A stretch of DNA of 64,000 bases from an uncultured bacterium (GTDB taxonomy: Bacteria > Babelota > Babeliae > Babelales > Babelaceae): NCBI GenBank assembly GCA_963722385.1, contig CAVRKK010000002.1, positions 1,088,001-1,152,000 on the forward strand. The letters run 5' to 3'. The notes under the pieces were generated by a model. It did not search any database, was not told the origin of the DNA, and saw only the letters and a list, made by a program, of their open reading frames with translations. The translations under genes and the position numbers were made by a program. Shown in pieces: positions 17,656-26,809 of the stretch; positions within the stretch are counted from its first letter, which is position 1; the number at the start of each line of letters is the position of its first letter.

Positions 17656-18954
17656 TTAAATAATTATGGTGAGCAATTCGTGCCAGTTAGTAGTAAAGCA
17701 AGCTGATTTTTTGGCCTGGTGCATATTCCAAGGTCTTTTGAAGCCCTCGCTGGCAAATAAGAGTCTATTCCTTCCCCATTTATTATTGACGTTGTCGAGG
17801 GTACTCATAAAATCGTCATATTTTTTTCTTGTATCTTTAAGTGGGACGAATGTGCTCATTTGTAAACAATCCCGCGATACGAAATCTGCTATGATGACGC
17901 CCACTTTTTTATACGTTAAGCCAGGCTTAAAAATCTGCTTGAGGCAGTGGTGAGCAGCATTGACGAGGTCGGGTGTATAATCTGTTGCCAGCGGTAATTG
18001 GCAGTGGGTTGATGCAAAGTAATTTTTAGGATCATGATACTGATTGGTTAAGGCAAATACGGTTATATGCTGGGCAAGTGATTGTTGGGAGCGCAGTTTT
18101 GCTGCAGCGCAGGCAACATAATGAGCGAGTGCCTCTTTGGCATATGATAAGTCAGTTACTTTCTGGCCAAATGACCGTGATACCGTGATTGACTGCTTTG
18201 GCTCAGGGCAATCCTGGAGTGATAGGCATGGTTGTCCTCGTATTTCGAGCAAAGTTTTATGACCAACAATAGTGAGGTGCTTGCGAATCCATTTTTCATC
18301 AGCGTACTTAAAGTCACAGGCGCTCAAAATTTTATTGGTTTGTAATAATTTGGCATAGCGATAGCCGATGCCCCATACATCCCCAATATCAATTGATGAC
18401 AAAATCGTATCAATGGTAGGGTGATCCGTTATATCAAAAGCTCCTTTGTATTGAGGATTTTTCTTAGCGAGCCTATTGGCAATTTTGGCAAGCGTCTTGG
18501 TAGGGCCGATGCCGATAGATACGGGAATGCCGGTATGTTGTTGTACGATTGTTCTAAGAAAGTGTGCATAGCTAAGATAGTAATTATTATCTTTCTGAGA
18601 AATGCCAAGAATGGGGAAATGCGTGGGTGCGAAAAGAAATGCTTCGTCAACCGAATAGATTTCGATATCGGCGGCATGGAGGGCTAATGTTTGCATAACA
18701 CGCTGTGACATGTCACCATAGAGTGCAAAATTTGCCGAGTAAACGAGCACCTTATGCTTTTTCAGGAAGCTTTCCCATTCAAAGGTGGGTGCACCCATGG
18801 GGATACCAAGGGCTTTGGCTTCATTCGAGCGAGCGATGATACAGGCGTCATTGCTGCCAAGCACGATGACCGGCTTGTTGTGGAGCGTCGGGTTAAAAAC
18901 GCGTTCACAGGAGACGTAAAAGTTATTGCAGTCGACGAGGAAAAAGCGCTTCAT
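17656..18954 (-). CDS. umuC: Y-family DNA polymerase V catalytic subunit
   Basis: VDCNNFYVSCERVF, YSVDEAF, PTKTLAK.AN, C-terminal S..FTT.W.EL. Confidence 0.93.
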   Translation of the reverse strand: MKRFFLVDCNNFYVSCERVFNPTLHNKPVIVLGSNDACIIARSNEAKALGIPMGAPTFEWESFLKKHKVLVYSANFALYGDMSQRVMQTLALHAADIEIYSVDEAFLFAPTHFPILGISQKDNNYYLSYAHFLRTIVQQHTGIPVSIGIGPTKTLAKIANRLAKKNPQYKGAFDITDHPTIDTILSSIDIGDVWGIGYRYAKLLQTNKILSACDFKYADEKWIRKHLTIVGHKTLLEIRGQPCLSLQDCPEPKQSITVSRSFGQKVTDLSYAKEALAHYVACAAAKLRSQQSLAQHITVFALTNQYHDPKNYFASTHCQLPLATDYTPDLVNAAHHCLKQIFKPGLTYKKVGVIIADFVSRDCLQMSTFVPLKDTRKKYDDFMSTLDNVNNKWGRNRLLFASEGFKRPWNMHQAKKSACFTTNWHELLTIII

Positions 18955-18960
18955 GGTTGC

Positions 18961-19410
18961 TTATACCTGATGAATAACGTAGGTAACGACTCCCCAGACT
19001 TCAAAGTCCATAGCCTCGGTGATTTCAATAGGCTTGTATTCATCGCTGTCGGGCATGAGGTAGAGTTTGTCTGCTTCGCGTTTGATGCGCTTAACGGTCA
19101 ATTCATCATTAATACGCGCGATGACGATCCTGTTGTTTAAAACTGACAGAGACCGATCAACGACTAATATATCATTTGATAGGATGCCCGCCTTGACCAT
19201 CGAGTCACCCTTAACGCGTATGAAGAAGGTAGAGGTGGGGTGGCTTATGAGCAGCTCATTAAGGTCGAGCGATTTATCGATAAAGTTTTCAGCAGACGAG
19301 GGAAATCCGGCGGCGACGCACCCCTCAAGCAAGGGTATAAGCAATTTTTTTACGTGCTCAGGGTAGGTAAGGAGCTCAATTTCGTCAAAGGTTTGCTTGC
19401 TTTTTGTCAT
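18961..19410 (-). CDS. umuD: DNA polymerase V autoproteolytic subunit
   Basis: AGFPS cleavage site, GDSM serine, TVKR lysine. Confidence 0.93.
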   Translation of the reverse strand: MTKSKQTFDEIELLTYPEHVKKLLIPLLEGCVAAGFPSSAENFIDKSLDLNELLISHPTSTFFIRVKGDSMVKAGILSNDILVVDRSLSVLNNRIVIARINDELTVKRIKREADKLYLMPDSDEYKPIEITEAMDFEVWGVVTYVIHQV

Positions 19411-19628
19411 TTCACCCTTGTTAATTAGTTTTTAATTATAACTTATAAGTAATATATAATTAGTATAAATATTATGTGCTTAAAGTGCAAACTTGCTATT
19501 TTAATTGCCGATTTGAATCGCCTGCCCAGCTGGGGCGACTACGCGTCGAGCGGCAGAAGCCAGCTTCTGCACTTGTTGCTTTTGCTGTTGTTGTTTTACG
19601 GCTTTATTTTTGGCATGTGTGAATGCCA

Positions 19629-19686
19629 TAACCATGCGGGGCGCATGATCATGGCTCTTGCAATTCTCCTAACGGAGAATAGAAAG
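19629..19686 (+). repeat. 58-bp conserved element, copy 1
   Basis: TAACCATGCGGGGCGCA-N14-GCAATTCTCCTAACGGAGAATAGAAAG. Second copy at 22599-22656. Confidence 0.8.
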
Positions 19687-19975
19687 TCGTGCAGTCTTGA
19701 TAGAAAACAGGGAAAACTTTCGATCAGAGACAAGCTAAAATTGGATAAGCTTCTGGCTATATTCATTGGGAAACCTTAAGCCAAAAAAGAGCCCAATCAT
19801 ATGAGGCCAGATCTATGCGGGATTAACGATAGTTACTTCCTAATCAGAGCCTCTGCTCGGGTCTATGCATCAATGTTTCTGCTATTTTGTACAAAAATGT
19901 AATAAGAGTTTATGTTTTGTACAAACTCGAGGATTTAGAACGAGTCATTGGCCGCAAGGTAGCGTATCAACCTAG

Positions 19976-21157
19976 CTATTTAGCAAGCTTATTAATAAGA
20001 TCTTTTGCACTTACAAATGAAATTGTTAGATTTTCGTATCTTCTTTTAAATGAAGTATCAATATTACTTGCAACAACAAAGTTCTCTCCCTGAGGATAAA
20101 GACGACGAAAGGCGGTAAAATTTCTTACGAGATTGCCGGCAAATGCTGGCTTGGTGAGGTCAGAATCATCTAGCAAGCTGCTAAATTTACATTCTATAGC
20201 AGCAAGCGAGCCTGTTGTTCTATAGCGAAAAACAAAATCAATTTCATGCCCACGTTTATCACGCCAATAGTTAATAGCACGTGTTTGTAATTGCCCATGT
20301 ATTTCATTCAAAATACATTGTTCCCACATGAGCCCTAAATCTTCGACGCGTAATTCAGTTCTACCTTTAGCATAGGAAACAAATCCGGTATCAAATCCAT
20401 AGACTTTCGGTGCTAGAACAATCTCATTTGATTTATGGGTAGAATATGGTCTTATCACATGAACTACAAATGTTTCTTCAAGAACATGAAGATAGTTTGA
20501 GATTGTTTGCCTAGTCACCTCACAGAGAACAGCAAATCTTGTTGCTTCAAATATGCCACCACTATATGCCAATAATAATTCTAAAAACTTTTGAAAAGAC
20601 TGCCTTTTTCCAATGCTAAACATGTCTTGAATATCTTTGGCCCAATAAGCATCAATCCACTCTCGAAACTCGGCCTCTGGTAGCTCTTGTTTTACAAAAA
20701 AAGAAGGAAACCCACCAAATAAGAGTCGGTGGCGGAGGTTGTTATCGCCAAAAAGTTTCATCTCTTGGAGTAATAATGGCGTGAGCCAGATTTCTTTTTT
20801 GCGACCCGTTAACGTATCTTTAAATTTTTTGCTTGCACCTAATGTTGACGATCCCGTCGCAATTATTTTTATGCCAGGGTAATGGTCAGCCGCCAATTTT
20901 AAAAGCTCGGAAGGATTATCAAGGCGATGTATTTCATCAAGAACAATTGCTTGACCGATATAACTTTCTAAAAAACTTTCAGGGTCGCCTAATAATTGCC
21001 GTACTCGTGGTCGCTCGCAATCAAAGTATTTAACATCGGGAAGACTTTGACAAAGGCTTGTTTTGCCAATTCGCCGAACCCCCATAAGCCAGATAATATT
21101 TTTTTGTTGCCAGCCATCATATATCATTTTTTGCCAAAAAGGACGTTGTATAAGCAT
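19976..21157 (-). CDS. AAA_14/DUF4143 ATP-binding protein
   Basis: GVRRIGKT, LDEIH, ATGSS, PKVYGFDTG, EIDFV...IECK. Confidence 0.9.
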   Translation of the reverse strand: MLIQRPFWQKMIYDGWQQKNIIWLMGVRRIGKTSLCQSLPDVKYFDCERPRVRQLLGDPESFLESYIGQAIVLDEIHRLDNPSELLKLAADHYPGIKIIATGSSTLGASKKFKDTLTGRKKEIWLTPLLLQEMKLFGDNNLRHRLLFGGFPSFFVKQELPEAEFREWIDAYWAKDIQDMFSIGKRQSFQKFLELLLAYSGGIFEATRFAVLCEVTRQTISNYLHVLEETFVVHVIRPYSTHKSNEIVLAPKVYGFDTGFVSYAKGRTELRVEDLGLMWEQCILNEIHGQLQTRAINYWRDKRGHEIDFVFRYRTTGSLAAIECKFSSLLDDSDLTKPAFAGNLVRNFTAFRRLYPQGENFVVASNIDTSFKRRYENLTISFVSAKDLINKLAK

Positions 21158-21744
21158 TAATGCTCTCCAGAGGAAGGGAAAACCAAATGTTAAGTAGTTT
21201 TAACATATATCCCGCCCAAACGCAAGATGGACTTAACACTTGGTTTTAAACCAAAGCCCTGATGGACTTCAGACTACCTTTAAAACAGCGAAGCCCGCCT
21301 AAATCGCTGGCTCGCCCTTGTGGACCGGTCATACTTCAAACACTCGGCCTCAAAGATTAAGAAAACCTAATATATCTATAGCTTCTTTGTCAGCTTCACT
21401 GCTTTGTGCGAGAACTGGCGAACGTTTCCCAAATTTTGATAGTACAAAATTTTTCATATGGGAAAAAAGTTCGGGCCGGTATCTATCCTAGATAACTTTC
21501 TGACGTTGGAAAACGGTTAAGGAAACTATTTCACCGATTCCACAAGAAAAACTCAGAATTCGGATATAGCTTCCTTATGCCGAGTAAATTATTGCATATA
21601 CCAAATATATTTGGTAGTATAATATAAAATAGGATGCCTGGGCAGATACATAAGAAGGTAATACGAGTATGGAGGCATAAGTGCCGATCAGTGGAAAAGC
21701 AATGTGCAAACTCTTCGAGCGAGTGGGCTATAAAATTGTACCTG

Positions 21745-21868
21745 GCGGAAAAGGGAGCCATGTGAGCTATCCAAACCTAAAGGTTTTGGGCTTCCTGGGC
21801 TGAACCTCCATTGAGTGTTCATAGTATCTCCACAAGCGTCAACTTTCCCTGGCTCCCAGGGTAGATTA
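21745..21868 (-). ncRNA. TnpB-type omegaRNA/reRNA scaffold plus flank-derived guide
   Basis: TACCCTGGGAGCCAGGGAAAGTTGACGCTTGTGGAGAT...CAGGAAGCCC-hairpin-TAGCTCAC matches the tnpB right-end RNA pattern. Confidence 0.65.
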
Positions 21869-21983
21869 CTCACTAATCTAACATACCTTTAACTAAATGC
21901 AAGAGCATCTTAAGCTGCTCCTTGCTTAACTTGTAAGCCCTTTTATCCAGGACCTAAAGGAACCTGGTTTTACGGGCTATTCT
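21762..21983 (-). mobile_element. Non-autonomous IS200/IS605-family element (222 bp)
   Basis: Inserted 3' of TTTAT with no TSD. Subterminal hairpins share a CCTTTAGG core. Right end is ...TAGCTCAC. No transposase. Confidence 0.85.
21875..21902 (-). promoter_or_regulatory. Putative sigma70 promoter inside the MITE, pointing at the omegaRNA
   Basis: TTGCAT-N16-TAGATT with an extended -10 TGn. Confidence 0.5.
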
Positions 21984-22039
21984 ATAAAGCTTAAAAAGAA
22001 GCATTGTGAGACAATTGTTATTCCCAACCATAAGGAGGT

Positions 22040-22206
22040 TTTTTTTCGCTTTCTTCCTCTTCTTCACCCTGCTCCAAGCGAGCTCTTTTGGGCGATTCGC
22101 TTTCTTTCTCTTTCTCGCTCCTTGGTCGTTTGCCTTCCATCCCTATACTATAAGGGGTCTGCAGAAGACCTAAGCATGCTATACTCAGTTAAAAAATTTT
22201 CTTCAT
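22040..22206 (-). pseudogene. 5' remnant of a secreted effector (signal, ME, bipartite NLS-like)
   Basis: With two frameshifts it reads MKKIF..LSIACLGLLQTPYSIG-MEGKRPR.REREKESESPKRARLEQGEEEEE. Confidence 0.55.
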
Positions 22207-22398
22207 GGCTACCTTTATTATGTATTAGCAATTGATGTAAATATTATATAATTCGAAGTATGCATAAGTCAATATTTTCGTAACGTTATAGAAGATTTCA
22301 TTTACCGTAGAATTGATTGCAACACCAAGTATTTTACATCTTGGAAAGATAAATTTTCTCTATAAAATCAAGCTCGGGCTACGGGGACGCTTACGCAG

Positions 22399-22463
22399 CC
22401 GACTTCGCCAAGGCTTCCTACTTCGCTCCTTGAGCTTTGTAGGACAGGTCGCAGGACAGGTCG
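22399..22463. repeat. Nested REP-like palindromic units
   Basis: ccgacTTCGCcaagGCT containing cctacTTCGCTccttgAGCttt-gtagg-ACAGG, with tandem GGACAGGTCG. Confidence 0.55.
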
Positions 22464-22598
22464 AAGGGCCGCCGCCTTGCACCAACACCAATATGCGTAG
22501 TAGCGCATATTGTGTCCGTAGCAGCCTTTGGTAACAAGGGCGTAAAGCGGAGGGATTTGTTACTTACGTGCCTCATCTTCTTTACGTCTATGATGCTT

Positions 22599-22656
22599 TA
22601 ACCATGCGGGGCGCAGGCTTAGAGTTACCGCAATCTTCCTGACGGAAGATAGAAAG
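22599..22656 (+). repeat. 58-bp conserved element, copy 2
   Basis: First 17 nt are identical to copy 1. The last 27 nt have 5 differences. Confidence 0.8.
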
Positions 22657-22938
22657 CGATATTAAATTTTTATCATGGAGCGTAGCCTACATGATAAATG
22701 GCGTAAGTTATCGTACGCTTTTGCGTACGATAACGATAACTACTTACCAAGCCTATAAGCATTAAGTATAACGCTTTGGGATTGCTAAGGGACGATGTCC
22801 CTTAGCCGCTAGCCGCGCAGGCGATTCAGTTTAATTCAATTCAATTTTATTCAATATTGTCTGCAAATTTAAGAATCGCCTACCCTTGAAAGAACTACGG
22901 TAAAAATACTACGCTACCCTGATATTAGAGGGTAAGTA

Positions 22939-23832
22939 ATGAGATTACATGTCATGAACGCCAAGATAGGCGATATTGGCTACCTGGATAAACAGGGTTA
23001 TATTTATGAGCCTAAATTAGATGGCTATCGCGCCCTCTGCTACGTTGACGGCGATCTAACGTTTATGTCGAGAAACGACAAAAATCTTACCGCTGCCTAT
23101 CCTGAACTACTGCACTTTCGCCAGAATATACATGCGCACTCAGCAATCTTGGATGGCGAAATCGTTGCTTATGATCAACAGGGCAACCCCAACTTCGCTT
23201 TGCTCCAGCAAGGCAAACAGGCCTCGTATGTTGTTTTTGATATCTTAATGAAGGATGACGCATCACTTATTTCAAAACCCTTATTAGAACGCAAAGCCAT
23301 TCTATCTTCAACGGTCGTTGACGGTGAAGGTATTGAAAAAATATTTTATACCACCAAAGGACATGCCCTATGGGATGAAATAAAAAAAAGGAAAATAGAA
23401 GGGGTGATGGCTAAGAAAGCCAACGGCTTGTATTACCCCGATAAAAGAATCGATACATGGGTAAAAATTAAACTGGTTAATACGATTGATTGCGTTATTA
23501 TAGGCTACCTGGCTGGCAAAAGAGTAATAGCTTCGCTCGCATTGGGGCTCTATGATGAGGTAGGAAACCTCGTATATATAGGCAATGTTGGCACTGGTTT
23601 TGCTGAACAGATGACAACAGAGCTTGCTAGCATGCTTAAAAATATCACCGTAACCAGTCTTAGCGTAAAGAACGAAGCAGTTCTTCCGAGGAATATTATA
23701 TTAGTCAAACCAGTATTGGTCGCCGAAATCAAATACCTTGAAATGACGCCTTACGGCATGTTGCGAGCATCAGTCTTCTTGAGGCTCAGGAATGACAAAT
23801 TACCCAATGAATGCACCTTTCTCAACCAATAA
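22939..23832 (+). CDS. ligD: ATP-dependent DNA ligase (LigD ligase domain only)
   Basis: YEPKLDGYR, LDGEIV, FDIL, EGVMAK, WVKIK, GNVGTGF, LRLR.DK. No POL or PE domain. Confidence 0.9.
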   Translation: MRLHVMNAKIGDIGYLDKQGYIYEPKLDGYRALCYVDGDLTFMSRNDKNLTAAYPELLHFRQNIHAHSAILDGEIVAYDQQGNPNFALLQQGKQASYVVFDILMKDDASLISKPLLERKAILSSTVVDGEGIEKIFYTTKGHALWDEIKKRKIEGVMAKKANGLYYPDKRIDTWVKIKLVNTIDCVIIGYLAGKRVIASLALGLYDEVGNLVYIGNVGTGFAEQMTTELASMLKNITVTSLSVKNEAVLPRNIILVKPVLVAEIKYLEMTPYGMLRASVFLRLRNDKLPNECTFLNQ

Positions 23833-24107
23833 AGCGGAGTCGCCATGACAAGAATTCCATTACGCCCTCTGCTGAGCTTAGGTTTGCTATTTGCCGGCTG
23901 TTTAAAAGCGAGCGATTCCGGCGAATGGTTCTAGACCTGGCAGACCAGACTACGTTGAATGGGCTAAGCCTATATCTTGCATATTCTTATTCCGCAAGGC
24001 AGAAGATTCCTTCTTTGTCGCACGAGCTCTCTTACTCATGGGTACACCTGGAGTTCCCGGTTTTGAAGAGACAGATCAATACTTGGTAACTGAACGTGAG
24101 CAAGCCC

Positions 24108-24156
24108 TCGAGCAAAATTCAAAAGAGCACATGCTTATTTTTTGAATTTTGCTCGA
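24108..24156. terminator. 17-bp inverted repeat between convergent units
   Basis: tcgagcaaaattcaaaa pairs with ttttgaattttgctcga. Confidence 0.6.
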
Positions 24157-24193
24157 AATCAAGGATGCTTTAGAGGTTCTTAGATACGAATAG

Positions 24194-26482
24194 TTAGAGA
24201 GCATTATTTTCTAATGGTTCATCTCTACCAAAGTTAACGCTACCTCTCTTACGATGCTGCAGGTATTTATAAAATAACCAGGTGCCAACTCCACCTATAA
24301 TGGTTACGAGAACAAGCCCTGCAGGAATACCGACGGTCGTTCCGATGATAAGACCTAAAGGTAGACTGCTGCCATCACCTGTTCCTGAGCCGAGCAGAGG
24401 AAATACTGACACATCATTTGATGCGCTATTAGCCGTTGCAAGCACTATGCCCCCCTCACTTAAACTAAGTGGTGAAAACGCTAGCGCTACATCATTGCTT
24501 GATTGGGCAGGTAAATCATAGGTTGTTCCTTCGCTTAAGACACCATGAGAAAAACTATAAAGCGTAATACTATTAGAATTGCTATTAGCTGTCGCAAGAT
24601 ATGCGCTATCAACTGAAGCAGCAATAAAAACAGGATATACGGTACCTTGAGGTAATGGATACGATTGACCTACCTCAAGTCCATCAGTTGTAAGAGGAAA
24701 GATTGAAATGTCATTTGAGGCGCTGTTTGCTGTAGCTATAAATAATTCATCAGTATTTGGGATAGATAAAAAGACGAGTGAATAAGGTGTGCTCGAATTG
24801 CTTGGTAAAAGCTGGGAAGATATAATACGCGCTGTGCCATTTATGAAAGCAAAGAGCGTTATATCATTGGAATAGGCATTTGCTGTAGCAAGATATGAAC
24901 CATTGGGAGAAAATGCTACTGCTACCGGCTCTTTGGATCCCGTTGGTAGCGCGTAGGAAAGAGCATTTACTAACGTTCCTCCAGCTACTTTAAAGAGAGT
25001 TATATCATCCGACTTGCTATTGGCAAGTGCCAGATAAAGATTATTGGGCGAAAAATTGACTGATACAGGGCTTGTAGAATTTGCTGGCAATGGATACGAT
25101 GCTGCATTTGTTAATTTGCCGCCCCCTAAGGTAAATAAAGTAACATCATTCGACTTGCTGTTAGCTGTCGCTAGATGCTCTATGTCGAATGAAAAGGCAA
25201 TACTTGAGGGAAATGATGACCCAGCAGGCAAAGGAGAAGATGCACCATTGTTAAGCATACTTTCAGAACTTACCGTAAAAAGCGTTACATCACTTGTCCC
25301 ATAGTTTGCTGTTGCAAGATATAACCCATTTCCTGAAAAAACAATTGCCACTGGATCTGTTGAGTTACTTGGTAATGAATATGATGTTGCAGGGCTGGTT
25401 GCGTTTGTAGCACAACCAACTGTAGGTAATATAACAACGGTGTTAGAATTTATATTAACAACAGCTAAATACTGGCCGGAAGGTGAAAATGTTAATGAAT
25501 AGGGATCTTGTGAACCAGATGGTAAACTATAGGAAGTAGCCCCACTGAGGACACCATCTGTTCCCATGTTAAAAATGGTAACATTATTTGAACCGCTATT
25601 AGCTGTGGCTACATAATTACCTAATGGTGAGAACGCTATTGTAGCTCCAGGAGTAGTAGAACCAGCAGGCAAAGGATAAGAAGTGCCATTGCTTAAGATT
25701 CCTCCTGCTTCTACGCTAAATACGGTAACATTATTAGAATTTCCATTATTAGTAACTAGGTAATTACCCGATGGAGAAAATGCTGCAGTACCAGGATACG
25801 TAGAACCAGCAGGCAAAGGATAAGATGCACCTCCACTTAAGGCTCCCTCTGCTCCTACTTGAAAGACGCTTACATCATTTGAGCTATTATTAGCCGTGGC
25901 TAAATATGCTCCGGATGGTGAAAAAGCAACTGAGCCTGTTAAAGAAGAGCCAGCTGGTAAAGAGTAAGTAATGCCATTGCTCAGGGCCCCTCCTGCTCCC
26001 ACACTAAATAGAGTGAGGTTGCTTGAGCTGTTATTAGCGACAGCCACGTAGTCACCTGCTGGAGAAAATGCTACTTTAACTGGGCTAGTACCTGAGGGCA
26101 ATGCATATGAGATACCAGCCGTTAACACTCCGGCTCCTACATTAAATACCGTAACATCATTGGAACCGTCATTCGTGGTAGCGAGATAGAGGCCATTTGG
26201 TGAAAAAGCTAAGCTCTGAGGAACGCTAGAACCGCCAGGCAAAGGGTACGATGTGCCAGCATTTAATACGCCTCGCGCATCTATGGTAAATAAAGTAACA
26301 TCATTTGAATTTTTGTTAGCAGTAGCGATGTAGGTCCCATTTGGCGAAAAAGCCACACTACAAGGACCAGTCGAGCTAGCAGGAATCGTATAGGATGTAC
26401 CAGATAGCAATGAGCATGTTCCTGAAGCTTGTATGTTTGCCACTAGAAATATGAGGCAGAATAAAGCAGTAAGTTTCATCAA
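24194..26482 (-). CDS. Type I membrane beta-propeller protein, 14 blades (lactonase/YVTN-like repeats)
   Basis: Signal peptide, 14 repeats of SY.LP..S..P...AFSP.G.YLATAN, C-terminal TM helix and basic tail. Confidence 0.85.
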   Translation of the reverse strand: MMKLTALFCLIFLVANIQASGTCSLLSGTSYTIPASSTGPCSVAFSPNGTYIATANKNSNDVTLFTIDARGVLNAGTSYPLPGGSSVPQSLAFSPNGLYLATTNDGSNDVTVFNVGAGVLTAGISYALPSGTSPVKVAFSPAGDYVAVANNSSSNLTLFSVGAGGALSNGITYSLPAGSSLTGSVAFSPSGAYLATANNSSNDVSVFQVGAEGALSGGASYPLPAGSTYPGTAAFSPSGNYLVTNNGNSNNVTVFSVEAGGILSNGTSYPLPAGSTTPGATIAFSPLGNYVATANSGSNNVTIFNMGTDGVLSGATSYSLPSGSQDPYSLTFSPSGQYLAVVNINSNTVVILPTVGCATNATSPATSYSLPSNSTDPVAIVFSGNGLYLATANYGTSDVTLFTVSSESMLNNGASSPLPAGSSFPSSIAFSFDIEHLATANSKSNDVTLFTLGGGKLTNAASYPLPANSTSPVSVNFSPNNLYLALANSKSDDITLFKVAGGTLVNALSYALPTGSKEPVAVAFSPNGSYLATANAYSNDITLFAFINGTARIISSQLLPSNSSTPYSLVFLSIPNTDELFIATANSASNDISIFPLTTDGLEVGQSYPLPQGTVYPVFIAASVDSAYLATANSNSNSITLYSFSHGVLSEGTTYDLPAQSSNDVALAFSPLSLSEGGIVLATANSASNDVSVFPLLGSGTGDGSSLPLGLIIGTTVGIPAGLVLVTIIGGVGTWLFYKYLQHRKRGSVNFGRDEPLENNAL

Positions 26483-26526
26483 AATCTCCTTGCAAAAGAG
26501 TTAGCAAATCTTTTATAGATCGTAAT

Positions 26527-26660
26527 TAAAGTGACCCCCGTTATCAAGACACATCTCGCACCACAATGATAATGTCGTCATGAGACCACAATAGAGAGGT
26601 TAAAGTGACTCCCATTGTCAAGACAAAAATTAGCTTGTATTTGAGAAAGCCTTTGTCCTC
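26527..26660. mobile_element. Two IS3-family-like terminal repeat remnants
   Basis: taaagtgac(c/t)ccc(g/a)tt(a/g)tcaagaca occurs at 26527 and 26601. It resembles IS3/IS150 ends. Confidence 0.45.
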
Positions 26661-26809
26661 CATTTATGTTGATGATATCAGCTTTATTTAATTGGTTAGC
26701 AAATAATTTTGAGCATCCACTATTCCTAAAGTATGTTTCATCGGGTGTTTTATAACCAAGTGACTGATGAAATCTTTTTTTATTTTTTCATTACTATCCT
26801 TTCGGAAAG

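Larger units (their letters stand above)
21681..22037 (+). pseudogene. hicA: HicA-family toxin interrupted by a MITE and 3'-truncated
   Basis: GGAGG RBS and GTG start. Removing 21762-21983 restores MPISGKAMCKLFERVGYKIVPGGKGSHIKLKKKHCETIVIPNHKE. Confidence 0.8.

Noticed and set aside
19474..19779. 101-aa ORF as an intact gene
   Set aside because: No RBS and a patchy composition. At most it is a remnant overlapping the 58-bp element.
19750..19815. Group I intron P/Q-like sequence
   Set aside because: It resolves as a simple local hairpin (ctggc/gccag, attggg/cccaat), and no R/S elements were found.
21688..21873. 61-aa minus-strand ORF and 76-aa ORF 21531-21761
   Set aside because: They are read-throughs of the omegaRNA scaffold and antisense hicA.
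22313..22534. 73-aa ORF (RLRQGF...GQVAGQV)
   Set aside because: It is a translation of the nested palindromic repeat.
22725..22760. tmRNA tag-like AACGATAACTAC
   Set aside because: No tRNA-like ends and no ALAA-stop continuation.
23845..24090. Signal-peptide start MTRIPLRPLLSLGLLFAGCLKA after ligD
   Set aside because: It stops after 29 codons. Probably a decayed gene, but it cannot be identified.
24194..24260. PP1-docking RVxF motif in the propeller tails
   Set aside because: Spacing is imperfect in one copy and the basic residue is absent in the other (LGSVNF).
26527..26625. Mini CRISPR array
   Set aside because: Only two imperfect repeats, no cas genes, and IS-end-like sequence.
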